NCBI GenBank assembly: GCA_051362555.1
Contig: CM120643.1
Span: forward strand, 25,300,848-25,364,847
Direction: 5' to 3'
DNA: 64,000 bases
Source of the DNA: Lingula anatina
Taxonomy: Eukaryota; Animalia; Brachiopoda
Positions 13,415-40,152 of this stretch are shown piece after piece (within the stretch, counting starts at the first letter, position 1; each line of letters starts with the position of its first letter). Under the pieces are notes generated by a model, which worked only from the letters and a program-made list of their open reading frames with translations, made no database searches and had not been told where the DNA came from. Both the position numbers and the translations under genes were made by a program.

Positions 13415-16400
13415 CTTATTTGCAATATTAAACAAAATTTACCTGCATAATTATCACTGCTTCCTTATTATTAATCTAGCAGAGGGCTTTACCTTTGGGA
13501 GTTTACAGGGAAATATCAATAAGTGTGCTTTACGTAATCTCATTTAATGGCCTATTAAAGCAAATGACTTTATAACTCTGAAATTGATCTACTGATACCC
13601 AAGGGTAATTTACAGACTGACCCACTCAAAGGTCTTCAGGCCCATAAGTCACACCTTAAGAAAAGCACAAAACCATAATGCCCAAAATAGGAGACTACCA
13701 ATCCTGATGCAATAATACATTATGGTTAACTGCACAGTCAACATCAACTTATGCACAACAGGTAACACAGACGAAAGTAAAAGCATAAGGCTCCAGGCCC
13801 ATCAGAGTTCAAGTTTATACTTAGAAAGTGCCAGAATGAGAAAAATGAAAATTTCACAAAAAATGCATAAATACAATAAACATGATAATCCAATAGATCT
13901 GGTTTTCTCATGAGCTGAAGGCCAATCCTAAAAATCGTACTTGTAAGTTTAAAATCATCATAAGTAGCACAGTTTTCTTTTCATAATGTTTGCAGTAGCA
14001 GTGCAAAAAGATTGTTGTCAATTTTGATGTAACATTACATAATAAATTAGAGAATAATTATCACCAATTTTTGTTTATTGACTATAAATAGGATGGACAT
14101 GTAGAAAATAGGATTATCATTTGGCTTCATGTCCATGGGAGCTCCGAGTCCCACAATGAATATGCCAAAAAGATAATGAATATTACACTAAAATGTATAA
14201 TTTCCAGAAAAAGAAGCCAATTAGACTGCTTTTCTAACTCAGGCTGCATTTTAGTCCTGTGTTTCTTTTTTGAAAGTTTGACAGTCATAAGTAACACGGT
14301 TTTCCCATAATGGTCATCAAGGCAGCAGCACCAAAAATTGTGTTTTCTTCTATTTTGATGCAACATTACATAATGCTTAACAGCATAATGATCATCGATT
14401 TTTAATAATAAAATATAAGTGTCATGGATTTTCACAAAATGTGACTAGCATGGGTCTTCAAGCCCGTGGAGGTTCGAAGTCACACCTTGGAAATGCCAAT
14501 ATGTGAAAAATTAAATTTTCACAAAAAACTGTTTAATTGCCAGAAAAATTTACCAAACAGACTGCATTGCCTACTGAAGCTGTATTTTAGTCCCATGTTT
14601 CTTTCCTGTAAGTTTGAGAACAGTAAGTGACATGATTTTCCTTAAATGGTCATCATGGGAGCACTGTCCAAAATAGGGGTTTCTTCAAATTTTGATGCAA
14701 TATTACATAATGTTTTACAGCATAATGACCATCAATTTTTAATTATAAAATATTAGTATCATGGTTATTCAGAAAATGTAACTAGCAAAAGTCTTCAGGC
14801 CCATGGAACTTCAAAGTCACATATTGAAAATGCCAAAATGTAAACAAGACAGCACTGTTCTGAAATGGGTTTATTTCCATTTTTAACACTTTTTTAACAT
14901 AAAACAAAATAAACAGTTTACTGCCATTTTTATATGACCAATGAAGAAAATTGATGAGATGGGAAAAGTATCAATAGAACAGTGTTAAATGTCCAACTTC
15001 CTCCATTCTGAGATTCTGAACATAGTGGATGAATGCATCTGACCAACTGTAATGATATGAGTTTATTTCCATTTTTGACACTTTATTACACAATACATGA
15101 TAACAAGTTTACCATCATTTTTACAAAATCAACTAACAATGTTGTAAACATGTAGGAAATGTCAAACAAACACTTTTACGTATCTTATTAGTTCAATAAT
15201 GAGACTGTTAACATGCCTAAGAATTGAATGTGAGGAAATGTGAAAAAACAGCATAACTTCTAAAATAATGGACTGATTATGCTGATTTTCAAACTCAACC
15301 TGTGTTTTAGTAAGATTGGCCCCTCCTGTGAGTATAATGACAATTGGCCAATCTGTTTTTCTTATATTGTGTTATCAGTGTTGCATATATATACTGAAAA
15401 AAGTGAAAAAACAGCATAAATTCCCTATAAGTGACCCGATCGTGCTGATTTTCGAACTTGACCTGCGTATTATGAATATTCATCAGTTCTGTAAGTTTCA
15501 AGCCAAAAGGTAAAATGGTTTTCCACTTATTGTGTTATCGGTGCTGCATATATGCTGAAAAAAGAGAAAAAATAGCCTAAATTCACTAAAAATGACCCAA
15601 TCATGCTGATTTTCGAACTTGACCTGCGTATTATGTATATTCATCAGTTCTGTAAGTTTCAAGCCAAAAGGTAAAATGGTTTTCCACTTATCGTGTTATC
15701 GGTGCTGCATATATGCTGAAAAAAGTGAAAAAACAGCATAAATTCCCTATAAGTGACCCGATCATGCTGATTTTCGAACTCGACCTGCGTATTATGAATA
15801 TTCATCAGTTCTGTAAGTTTCAAACAAAAAGAAAAAACAGTTTTCCACTTATCGTGTTATCGGTAAAAGTGCACGGCGACGGCGACGACGGCAACGACGG
15901 CGACGACAGACGCAGATGACGGCTATATGTACAGACACATCTGTGTCTGTACATAAAAATGAGGTGACCATCTCCGTGGCAAGGATATTAATCTTGGCCC
16001 TTCTTATAAAATACAGAATATAAGTCCAGTGATAAATGTTTAAAAAGTTTTTTAAAAATTTCAAAGGGCCACCAGTACATGGAAGTGTGAACTAGTATGT
16101 ACATATTAAATATTTTAGGCATAATACCTTGCCAGTGGTTTCAATTCATTAACAGCATATCTTACCAGTCCAGCATTAGCCATCACTCTAAGCTCCACCA
16201 AATATTGCTCCTCCTCCCCTCTCCCTCCTTCTTCACATATTCTAGGAACTCTCATCTCATTGGACAAAAAGAAATGGTTGCCACGCCCTCCAGCTCCGCC
16301 CCTTGCAGCCAAGAACATGTCACCTTCAGAACTCAAATCTGCTACCAATTTCTGAGTTTCTAATTCTTTAAAAATTGTTCCTGTTGGTACCTAAAATCAA

Positions 16401-17491
16401 AACACAACCAATTTAAACTTAATAATACCTGGAAAGACCTATGTACATGAGAGAGAGATAAAGAAATAGTGTTGTGGAAAGAAAAATTTCACAAAAAATT
16501 ACCAGCAGAGGACTTAATTTATTATTGTACCTTTCTTTTGAGTATAAAACGTACCAGTCTTAAACAGATGAATCTACTTCATCACAACATATCCAACATG
16601 TCAGTTGAGGAGTTTTCCAACCAATTCATCTACCTCAATATACAAATGTTCTGCACTCTTTCCATGGCAACAATTTCCCTCTCCTCTCCCTCCTTCATCA
16701 GCCTGGTAAACAGCACGGACCAGGTTGAGATTAGAGATTTTATTGGATGCTCTGAAGATCACATGACCACCATTCCCGCCATCGCCGCCAGCGGGACCTC
16801 CGAATTCCTTAAAGGCTTGCCTTAAGAACACCATTGAACCATCTCCTCCATTACCACCTCTAACTCGTACTTTACAGTGGTCTGCAAATGATTCATTCTG
16901 AAAAAAGAAAAAAAAAAAGCTCATCTTTATTATCTCCAAAACATTTAAAGCACGGCCAAAACTAAAATTTGTTTCCATTTATGACTATAATTATGTAATT
17001 CACTGAATAAAGCCTGGTCAGATTTCCTATTAATCAGAGATATTAAAAGTATAAAAGCCAGAATAAACTAGCTTCTATTGCTCACACTTTTTCACTGTAT
17101 ACTTATACAGGGGCAAAGGGAAGCTGTACTCTTGGTCTTCTGGAAGACAGTCAGAGTATTTTAATTTACACTGACAAGCATTTAATTTTTTTCTGTCAGA
17201 CAATGGTCAAAATTGGAGGACGGCTCAACAAAGATAATTTGGAAGACTGTCAGAAAATATCTCTGGATTTGCCCCTGCAGTACACAAGGTTACATCAAGG
17301 TTATAGTTTAATTACTGAGTAACGAGACTGCAATTATAAACATACAAAATACTTACTGTGTTTCCTGCTGCTCTGGTCTTAACTTTCTTTGTGGCGAGCT
17401 TGTGAGACCCTACTTCAGTGCTACAGTGTCTCAGTATGGCAGTTCTCACACTCTGCAATAGGTGGCACTGCTGGCATACGCTCTTAAGCAT
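11085..17491 (-). CDS. MTG2: Mitochondrial ribosome-associated GTPase 2 (Obg family, GTPBP5), ~377 aa
   Basis: Exons 17491-17357, 16897-16634, 16390-16166, 12277-12139 and 11455-11085, all GT-AG and in phase. Gly-rich Obg fold ([29 protein letters not shown]), G1 [10 protein letters not shown]2 YAFTT, G3 ADIPG, G4 NKID, G5 VSAK. Basic presequence-like N-terminus. Probable 5' exon ending at 18352. Confidence 0.93.
13066..13296. mobile_element. Short MITE/HINE-like element nested in the larger HINE
   Basis: Subterminal inverted repeat CTCTGCCAAGG / CCTTGGCAGAG, ACAGACAAACAG motif, and a short AAAGCACT...AGTGC hairpin at the left end. Confidence 0.5.
13351..13413. repeat. (AT)n microsatellite
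   Basis: Perfect dinucleotide run. Confidence 0.95.
15380..15865. repeat. ~161-bp tandem repeat (3 units) inside the HINE
   Basis: CATCAGTTCTGTAAGTTTCAA recurs at 15481, 15642 and 15803. The same units occur at ~40745-41250 and ~46290-46780. Confidence 0.85.
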
Positions 17492-18351
17492 CTCTTGTGA
17501 ATACTAAAAATATATGACAACAGTACTTATGAATGCATCGACACAAAACATAATAAAGCATATAATTTATATAGTACCTACATGAGGGGTACAATGAATT
17601 TATACTTCCAAGTGATCTACCAATGTTTCCAATCTCAAATATAATAGAAAGTAAAAAAACATAACCAACACCTCTACTGTATGTTCTTATACAGAAACCT
17701 CAGACAAGTTTGCAGTCACTGATAGTAAAAGGTTCACTACTGTATATTTTAACTGGAAATATTTGTGCTACTACAGTAGTATATACATGTACATACATGT
17801 ATATCTAAATTTCCTCAAGAAAGATTAGGTTTAAATGGGGAATTAAGATATCAAGCTTTGCACAATTAAAATACGACTGTTTGGGGCAGTGTCAAACACA
17901 TCCTGGATGTCCTTAGGTAAAGATATTTTTAAAAGATTGATTTCTTGATGAAATGGAAACATTTTTTTCTCTCAAAACAGTCTTGCAAACAGATCCAGGT
18001 GATTTATTTTCATACGTGATGCAGAGTTTAAATAATTTAATAAAAAAGGTCTTTTTTCCCATTCCTTCTTATCTCAGTCTGAGCAATTATGCCTAATGCA
18101 TAACTTTGCTGGGTACAATAAGCAAGGCTTTACTTGTGATGAGAAGAGAATATAAACGCCAAAACTGTGTCTGAGACTGAGGCAAGCCTACAGGTACACA
18201 CACGCAAAGACTGCTGAGGCAATACACAAACACACTTAGGTAAAAACACGCACAAATAAACATACATCCAACTTAAAATCTGCATATTTGTTTCCAATTT
18301 TTATAAATAACTTTTTAATTGCTTTTTTTCAAAACGTTATCGTTGCCTTAC

Positions 18352-18467
18352 CCAGCCTTGACACTTTCCATAAATCCGGAAGTTTTCCGCAGCAAAAGTA
18401 GCTTCTCTTCGACCTGACCAATCAAAAACCGGCATTTCCGTTGCTGCAAATTGTGCATGGAGATCGG
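18352..18467. promoter_or_regulatory. Compact bidirectional promoter between MTG2 and PEDS1
   Basis: Head-to-head first exons about 115 bp apart (MTG2 exon ending at 18352, PEDS1 ATG at 18468/18477). ETS/GABP-type CCGGAAGT at 18376-18383, CCAAT at 18418-18422, and local CpG enrichment in otherwise CpG-poor DNA. Confidence 0.7.
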
Positions 18468-31937
<13,470 letters not shown>

Positions 31938-33445
31938 ACTGCCCTGACTTAAGCAGCATTCACACATCTGATAACACAAGTTTGGCTGCTTTTCAGTCTG
32001 AAGATGGTTTGTGTGAATGCTGCTATAGAGACAAGTAATAGGTGCCCAGATATATTTTGTTACTGAAGCATATGACTTTGAAGTGTGTGAACATGTCATT
32101 GCCTTAAAGTAAGAGATTGAAAAAAGCCAAAAAAAAAAAAAAAGGAGAAAGATGTAGACCCTGTTTAAGGTGACTCAGTGTATTTTGCCACAAAAAGCCG
32201 TGTGTGATATTTATGCCATCTTTTTACATTGAACCATACAGAAGGAAAGTTTTTAATATTTTGATAATGGTACCAACCTTACCAAACACCAAAAAAAAAA
32301 AAAGCTCAACATTTTAAGTCCTATAATTTTCAACACTGATCAATTACAAAACATACTACGTAACATATTCCAACTCACTTTTGAAAACTTGTATATCAAC
32401 CTTGTCAGGTACTACCAACAAAACATTGCTTTGGGAGATTCGGTTTATCAGCTTTGTTTTGGGAGTAAATGCCTTCATAGATGCTCTCTGGCTTCAATGT
32501 CAAGTAATCTAGGAATCAGTAGACAGATTTCTCAGAACTGATTGGAAATCAGTTAACCTGATAGAGCGCTTGAATGAGACTGCATTTTTTATTAGCTGTT
32601 CCTTTGGGTGAAATATAGCACCCTGCCTACCAAAACCTACTGGGAATTTACCCTGAATATCAGAGCTTATTGGAAATGACCTCTAAAGTCAGAACCTACT
32701 GATTCAGAAAAAGTACCCTTAGTATCAGAACCTATTGGAAAATTACCCTGAGTATTAAATCTTCTTAGAAATTACCTGGAGTATCAGATCTTATAACAAA
32801 ATAATTTTAATAAACAATATACCATGCATTAATAGAGCTATAATTATAGAGAGAACAATTCACTTTGTTGATATTGAATTGATAATTTTCCTTGGCATTT
32901 GTGCGTTTGCCAACAGAACAACCCACTGGTGTTTATACAACATTCTTATACCTGAAAATCTGTACTTTGGAGAGCCTTGAGGAATTAAGCCTACAGAATG
33001 AGATAATGGGCCTCCAGTCAGCTTTAAAGTGGAAGAGATCATCTTACATACATTTCATGTGGTTTCAAAGAAATTTAATTTTCTCTGGGACAAAGTAGCT
33101 GTTCTGGCGGGTAGTTTTCCTATAAGCTCTGAAACTTGGCTTAGAATAAGGTGATACTGAGGCATTATGATTATAGTGTGAACTATTTGATGTATTTTTC
33201 TCTACTTTATTTGACTTTTAGAACATGATGTATCTGACAACAAGCACAACATCACAGATGTGATATTTTTCCAGTCAAGTTGGTTGACCTTTTTCACTGT
33301 GATCCAACTCCAGTGGGTCATCCACATAAGATAAAAAACACCATAGTAACAAAGCTATGATTCCTTTGTTGCCTCACCCAACACCATTTTTATAACAGCA
33401 AGTAACACAGAGTTAGATTTTTATATTCCACTAGTTAGCTGAATA

Positions 33446-33570
33446 CAGGGATGAGATTTTTTCCGACTATCGGCAAATTTTGGAGTTTTTGGGAGCCAAA
33501 AATGTCATTGGCCCAGGCAGGCCCCCTGGACCCACGCAACGTTTTCAACTAAGTGGCAGTCTCATCCCTG
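33446..33570. mobile_element. CAGGG-terminal MITE with 6-bp TSD
   Basis: TIR CAGGGATGAGA / TCTCATCCCTG flanked by TGAATA on both sides. Confidence 0.65.
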
Positions 33571-34705
33571 TGAATATAATCAGATGGCATGCTGGGATGA
33601 GTTGTTGTGACTTAGGTGGGCCCAGCTTGACTAGAGACACAGCTTATGACAACTAATTTAGACAACCACTTCATGGTCACTTTTTTAAAAAAGATTTTGA
33701 CAAACCCATCACTTTGTTCTAACTAATATATCTCCAAACCCTCTTAAGAACAGCTGCTGTATAGGAAGATGTCTTCATTGCTTCCATTAAATTAAAGATG
33801 TTAAAAATGATATAGATTTTCAGGAAATTATTCCAGTCACAAATGTGATTGACAAAACTTCATGCATTGCTCTTGAGATGTTTGTACCCAGAAACATGCA
33901 TGATTGTACTAAGTTTGTCATTAAGTTTGGTTAAGTTTATTTTTTAAAATAAATCATGTAACTATTTGCCTATTGCCATAGATTTAGTAGGTCACAAATG
34001 TTAGAATATAATCATGCAAAGCGAACAAATATACACGTATTAGTTATATGAAGTGATTTGATCAACATTATTTTGTGGTACTAGTTGCAAACAGTTTTGT
34101 GTGTTTGAGTGCTAAAACAAATATTTCCTAAAGATCACTAGAAAATTGAAATATTAGAAAATTTTCTGGTTTCAGTAGTCTAAAGGGTGTTTTTAAAAGA
34201 CTTATTAGATGTTACGCTACTCAACTAATGACATGTTGATTGTAATTCTTTGTAAAGTGGTTTTGTAATATTGTCTTCCGTCAGAGTATATAGATATATA
34301 AAGCTTAATTGCAGAATAATTCTATTTGCTACAAAAAAACTGTATTTAATGTAGCTGCTGTATTATTTTTTCAAACCTTTAGTTGCTACCAAGTATTTGC
34401 ATGACCCTTCCTAACATCGATTACTCCTAGTTCCACACAATTTGGAAAGAAAAATTTTTTTGGTCCAAATTTCTGCAAACTTGAGCATTTGTAGCATGCA
34501 AAAAGCTTGCATGAAGTAGCTCTTTGTGTGTATGTAAACTATATCATTAAATTGTTGCTTCAGGGAAGTCTTTTATATTCTAAGTGTGCTGCTTTCCAGC
34601 TCAATTCGCTCAACACCATAACTGATGATCACGGGGCGCCTAATCTTGCATGTAACCCATGCCCGAGTGGTCATTATTGGCGCTATGGGGTGCCGCTGTT
34701 GAAAT

Positions 34706-34936
34706 AAGGACCTGTGCCCAATTAAACTATCCTTCATAGATTGATCCAACTCTGTGAGGACTCTTGCTGAATGCAATCAGATTAATGTGCCTCCTGCTGC
34801 GTAGAATACAAAAAGCGGGTGTTTACACTAGTACATTGGACACAATAAGAGGAGTGTTAATCTGCTTGCATTCAGCATGAGTTCCAGCAGAGTTGAATCG
34901 ATCTATGTAGATGATAGTTTTGTTGAGTATGAGCCT
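34706..34936. mobile_element. Degenerate palindromic MITE; relatives at ~24530-24740 and ~35520-35732
   Basis: Arms AAACTATC..CATAGATTGATCCAACTCTG...GCTGAATGCAATCAGATTAA and the reverse complement. Confidence 0.6.
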
Positions 34937-36234
34937 CAAGATCGGTCATACTTATTCAATCTAGTTAAAGATATGAACCTATAGTATATTGTTAAATGCC
35001 ATTGTAGTAACACTATTTTAATGTAGATATCGTACATTTTAGCAAAACTGTGATAAACATTGTTGGTATGATATCTTGATGTTAGACATTTTATTTTATG
35101 TATTGACATCGCATCTAGTTAATTTAACTACTAGTATATAACCGGAAATAAAAGAGGACTACGATGTAATTTTGGTAAATTGCTTTTGTTTGACTAAAAT
35201 GCAACCCATTTCTTTTCTTGTAATGAAGCAAATGACTTCTTAATGTTTATTTCTACCTTTTAGTTAAGGTTTCATTTTGTTCAGTTATTGTTGTGGTAAA
35301 GTTGTTTTATGTAACTTCAATAAACAAACGTTAGAAATAACATCATCATTTCTGTATCACTGAGTGTGTTTAACGCAATGTGTATTGTATTTTAAAATTT
35401 TGTTAAGGACAAGATATGGAGGACATAGAATGAAGAGATGTACAATACAATTGCTTATGAGGAGAACGGAGTACACATTCATCATTCATCAAGCATGGTC
35501 TTTTTTGTAGCACACATAGACCCCATTCCCAGAGATTAGATTGATCCTACTAGATCGACCTAACTCCCTGGGGGTTCACGATAAAATAGCTGTCAGCTGA
35601 GCGGGCATGAAAGTTAATTACCCCCTGACAGCTTGTAGAAGGCGGGACGGACATTCAAGCCGGATTATCTGACAGTAATCTAGTGAGACTTCCCACGGGG
35701 ATAGATCGATGTAAAATCTATGGGAATGCGCCCATAGTGAGATGAGAGTGAAGTACTTATTTCAAATGTGTATTACCTTGCACACACTTCATTTGTGTTA
35801 TGGAAATTTTACTTTATCAATACATTGCGTTCTGAAAACATTTGTTTAGGTATTCAAAGATGTCAATAAAATATGTATTTGTATGGAAATGTTTTTAAGC
35901 AGTTTGATTAGTAATACCATATTACTTCTAGTTGATAATTTTGTAATGATTTATTTTCCGTAAGACTCAACGTACACATTTTAATTAAATTATTTAAGAG
36001 ACTTACCATAACTGCCAATAAGTTGCCTATTGAAGTTTTAATGCTCAGATGTTGCCATAAGACCATGAAATCCGTAAGAAGAAAGAATTGTGTTAGTAGA
36101 GACAAAGACGTAAGAAGTTTAATGCGCTAGTTGACACTGGTTGACTCTACACGCGGAATTTCAGTGGTCCCGGAGATACCGGTTACTGGAACCCACTAAT
36201 TGCACGGGTACGTACGGATAAAATTAAATTATTT

Positions 36235-37085
36235 AGTCCCAAAATATAACACGTCCCTATACTCCCGTTACCGATAGATACATAAAGGAAAAACTGAAAA
36301 AACGTTTTTTAGATTTAAATACCGATAGATCCGATTTTTTACTGCTGTCCTATATATTTGCGTTCCTATAGATACGACGTCCTCATAAACCCACGTCCTT
36401 TAAATCCGCATACCTATAGATCCACGTATTTTGAGATCCAAATACCGATAGATCCATTACAGGTATGCTTTTGCTCAAAATGGTTGGTATACTACTCAGT
36501 ACATAAAATGCAATTCTTTAAAACGACAGTACACATATTAATACTTTCAGCAATATATTATTCTACTAGATCGTTTTCACACAATACTCAGTGAAAGAAC
36601 ATAAAAAGAACAAAAATGTTACTATATTTCACAACGCTTACTGTTCTAGCGTCAGAACACTGTTTAAAGCGTTCTCAAATTGTAACATTCGAACACGTAA
36701 AAAGTGTTCTGAACTTACATGTAAATGTGTTCTAAAAAAAAAAAAAAAGTGTTCTATATTTCACAACGCTTACTGTTCTGGCGCCAGAACATTGTTTCAA
36801 GCGTTCTCAAAATGTAACATTTGCACACTTAACATGTGTTCTGTTTCATGTTTATGACGCGTTCCCGAACTTTAGAGTGTGATAGACGTGTAGACGCGAA
36901 CGTACATGCATGTCTTGTTTGAACACCTAATAAATATATAAATACATAAATAAATGAATAAATTATAAATATCAGGTTGTAATTAAGTCAGATCACTAGC
37001 TAAGTGGATCAGTATTCGGAGCCAGACGTGTATGTATAGAGACGTATCTATCGGGACGAATATTTTATTGGGACGTTTATCTAAA
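36235..37085. mobile_element. Probable TIR element with subterminal CCGATAGAT repeats and an internal ~133-bp duplication
   Basis: ACCGATAGAT/CCTATAGAT occurs about five times at the left end and is inverted (TATCTATCGGGACG) at the right end. Direct repeat at 36617 and 36750. Confidence 0.45.
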
Positions 37086-37247
37086 TGGTGGGCCACAACA
37101 TCACTGGTGCCGTCCGTTTTTTTTTTTTTTTTTCTTTGTTTTTTTTTCTGCTTTTTTCCGGTAGCAATTGCGATTCCTCTTGAAACGAGGGTGAAATGTG
37201 TAACTTTTTAAAATGTGAATGTCTTATTGCGAACTATACATTATTCA

Positions 37248-38284
37248 ATCCTGTCGCTATCAGCGCCAGTGGCGAGCAGACGAGATCAGAGTGTGGCTTG
37301 GTGTCCACAGTCTGTCAAGACGAGCCACAACCGCAGCAGTGGTCGAGAGGGCTGTGATTCAGGTTTACGTCATCAACAGTTATAAAGCGGCCACCTTTGA
37401 CAACGACGTGGCATTGTTAAAGCTTTCTGAACCTGTAGAAGACAGCAATGAAATTAACCCCATCTGCCCTGTTAGAGCAGGCACGAAAGTGGCTGAAGGA
37501 ACGCTGTGCACAGTTACCGGATGGGGTGTCACAAACTTTGGAATTAGGTATACTTTTAGAGAAACAACGTAAAGAAGGAATACATTCATATAAATGTAGG
37601 ATGTTATGCAGGGCAGGGCCTTAAAGGAAAACCATGCGTTACTGACGTCGAGAAACAATTACCAGCTCCCTTTCGGAGCTCTGAGTTTTTATTTTTTACC
37701 GTCTTCATCTCTACAGTGTCTCGAAAATTAGAGGTTTATAGATCATCGTAATATTTTCAACTGTCTTAGATATAATATAGGCTACTTTGGCTATTAAAGG
37801 GAACGAATTTCCAAGAAAATATAATTCTAGGTCTACATGTAAAAACCTTGTTTGACATGGATCGTAGCACTGTTGAGGCCTATTTAGATTGAGAAACGTG
37901 GCATATATTCTTTCAACGCTATAATTGTGAATAAAATGAAATATTTTTCTTATCTTCTACGGTTCACAACAACGTCATCGTTCGTTTGTCTTACTAATAA
38001 TAGGAAATCTTATCTCATGTTTTTCAGCCTTTGTGGCCTGTAGATCAATGGAAAGGCTCGACTCGAAACATTATGTCAACGGTCCAAATATTGAGACCAA
38101 AACCGGCATCAGCGAGAGGGAATGTGAAGAGGCGTGCATAAATAACGCAGACTGTAAAGCGGCAACCTATCGTCAATATACTTTATATTGTTGGCTTAAC
38201 GCCCAACCAAGAGGGACTGGAAGCAGCAGTGGTTGGGTCGCGATCCGGAAGAAAGTGTTAAAAAAACTGTCTAGTGAGAGATAG
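37248..38284 (+). pseudogene. Protease-PAN copy 1: only exon 3 and exon 6 remnants
   Basis: Exon-3 homolog (DNDVALLKL...VTGWG) at ~37248-37547 with a degraded acceptor and donor. PAN exon at 38028-38284 lacks the terminal Cys. Exons 4-5 (including GDSGG) are deleted, with an intron3/intron5 junction near 37828. No exons 1-2 seen. Confidence 0.8.
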
Positions 38285-38940
38285 AGCTTAAGGAATGTGC
38301 CGGGGTACATGAGTTCATTATGCAGTAGCATATCTTAATTATAAATATTCGCTTTACGGCTCCAATTCACTGAGGTGGGGCAGTGGGTAAATTTTAGAGA
38401 CAGTGAAACTATAAAAAGATACCTGCTGAAGACATGTTCCCTGTTTAATTTGAACTTACATAATTTATCATGACAAGGATTTGCATATAACATAGACAAG
38501 TGAATGGGAAATAAATGAAGTACATGTATATATCATTTGTTCAGAAGATCTGATATTTATTGTTGAAGAGATTTTGTTTGAAAACAACGTTTCTGCTCTG
38601 GAAGTGCAGTTTTACAAAGTAATGAATTTGCAATCTGTTTGTGTTGCAGTAGGCCTACATATGATTTAAATTACCTTTGACGCATTTCGGTTTATACATA
38701 TATATGATGTTATGTTACATTATGCGTAAAAAATGCTAGAATCATTTATGCCTCTTTTTCTCCTTCTTCTTCTAATTTCTACTTCTACAGCGTTCATCCA
38801 AACGTTTAAACGTCACGACGCAAGGAATTGAGTCCGAATAGTCTAGAACAAATATATGCTTGGTTTAATCTATTACATTTTTAAAACAAAAATCCGGTAA
38901 ATGTTTAAGGATATTCGGCCATACTTGCGTGACCTCATTT

Positions 38941-39000
38941 ATAATAATAATAACTTTTTCGAGCATTAAATGTGACAGTTACATTTGTTAGCCCTCTACA

Positions 39001-39084
<84 letters not shown>

Positions 39085-40008
39085 CTATGGATTACTACTC
39101 ATACAGTGTTTAAAAGTACTTATTACAATTGTAAATAGATCAATACACCGGCAGAACACAATTTTTATAGGCTTATAGCTTTGCATCTAATGTGCCATGC
39201 TTATGGCACATACAATATTTAATAGCAGGCTACTTCAGTGTGGCAGATGCTCATGTTGCTAATTTCTTTTCGAAATTGGAGGTATTTACCAACAGCGTGC
39301 AATTCTTTAATTTTCTGGGCTTTTATGATTTTAATATTTTCGTCACTGCTTGCAACAGGTGTTGCATGTCACATTTAGGGAATAGTTTTAAAATACCCTC
39401 CCTCTCTTTTACATGGTGTCTACATTCCAGAAGGATGTGCACTTCGATTGCAGGACAGCGGGGACAGAATCGTTCCTCGCATGGTGCTTTAGGTCTGGTG
39501 TGGTGTCCTCTTTCCAATTCCAGTTTATGATCACTGACTCTAATTTTAGCCACTTCCCTTTTTAATGACTGAGGGGCATTGGTCAGCAGGTACTTTTTAA
39601 TTTTGTAGGACTTTTTTATGAGACTACAAGTTTTTAGACTGGTGCTTTGTGGATCAGTTTACTCTTCCCAGAACATTTTTTCAATATTAGCATTAATTTC
39701 TTCCTCAATATCAATTGCAGTGTGTGTGGATTTGCTGAATCCCTGGAGCATTTCCACTGTGAAGATCCCAAGTGGCTAACATAGTATTAATCGATCCTGG
39801 CCAACCTTTTCCCCCTATTGTTCGCTCTGCATCATGGTGTCAAGTATGTGCTTCCTTGATCTGAAACATTACACAGCCTTTTTTGGTAATCTAGAAAAAC
39901 CACACTAGTTAGTCATAATGACCGAGCTCTGCACGACTCGCATTGTTGCTGGCGTGTTCACTCAACCCCGTGCCCATTTGCACATTCTCAAATTTGCTTG
40001 CTTAAAGG
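38941..40008 (-). mobile_element. 5'-truncated non-LTR retrotransposon (CR1/L2-group-like) 3' fragment
   Basis: Degenerate ORF2 C-terminal motifs on the minus strand (ASNNASRAELG; KIRVSDHKLELERG...EERFCPRC...HILLEC). (TTA)n tail at 38941. Absent at the paralogous site near 49550; CATTT is present on both sides. Confidence 0.72.
39004..39083. repeat. (TA)n microsatellite
   Basis: Perfect dinucleotide run. Confidence 0.95.
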
Positions 40009-40152
40009 CATTTCAACGAATCTTGCTATCCTTAGAAACAAATCTGGGATACGCCCATGTTTGCGGTCATGTTTCTTTTAAATTTGACGACAAAGTTCAA
40101 CAACACCCATAGAACACTACGGCAGAGCATACGCCGGCCGCATACTAAGATC

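Larger units (their letters stand above)
12508..15959 (-). mobile_element. Helentron-associated non-autonomous element (HINE/DINE-1-like), longest copy, in MTG2 intron
   Basis: 5' end TTTTTATGTACAGACAC-A-GATGTGTCTGTACA palindrome, then a (GTC)n-like microsatellite and ~161-bp tandem repeats. The 3' end has subTIR TGTCTGTACA plus stem-loop GACAGC-TTT-GCTGCC then TTGTTT. Homologous to 40657-42648 and 46191-48170; carries nested insertions. Confidence 0.8.

Noticed and set aside
15380-15865. Regularly spaced repeats resembling a CRISPR array
   Set aside because: Whole ~161-bp units are repeated with no unique spacers, the context is eukaryotic, and no cas genes are present.
31938-37200. UBE2V1 downstream of PEDS1, as in the vertebrate read-through locus
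   Set aside because: No ubiquitin-conjugating-like exons are recognisable.
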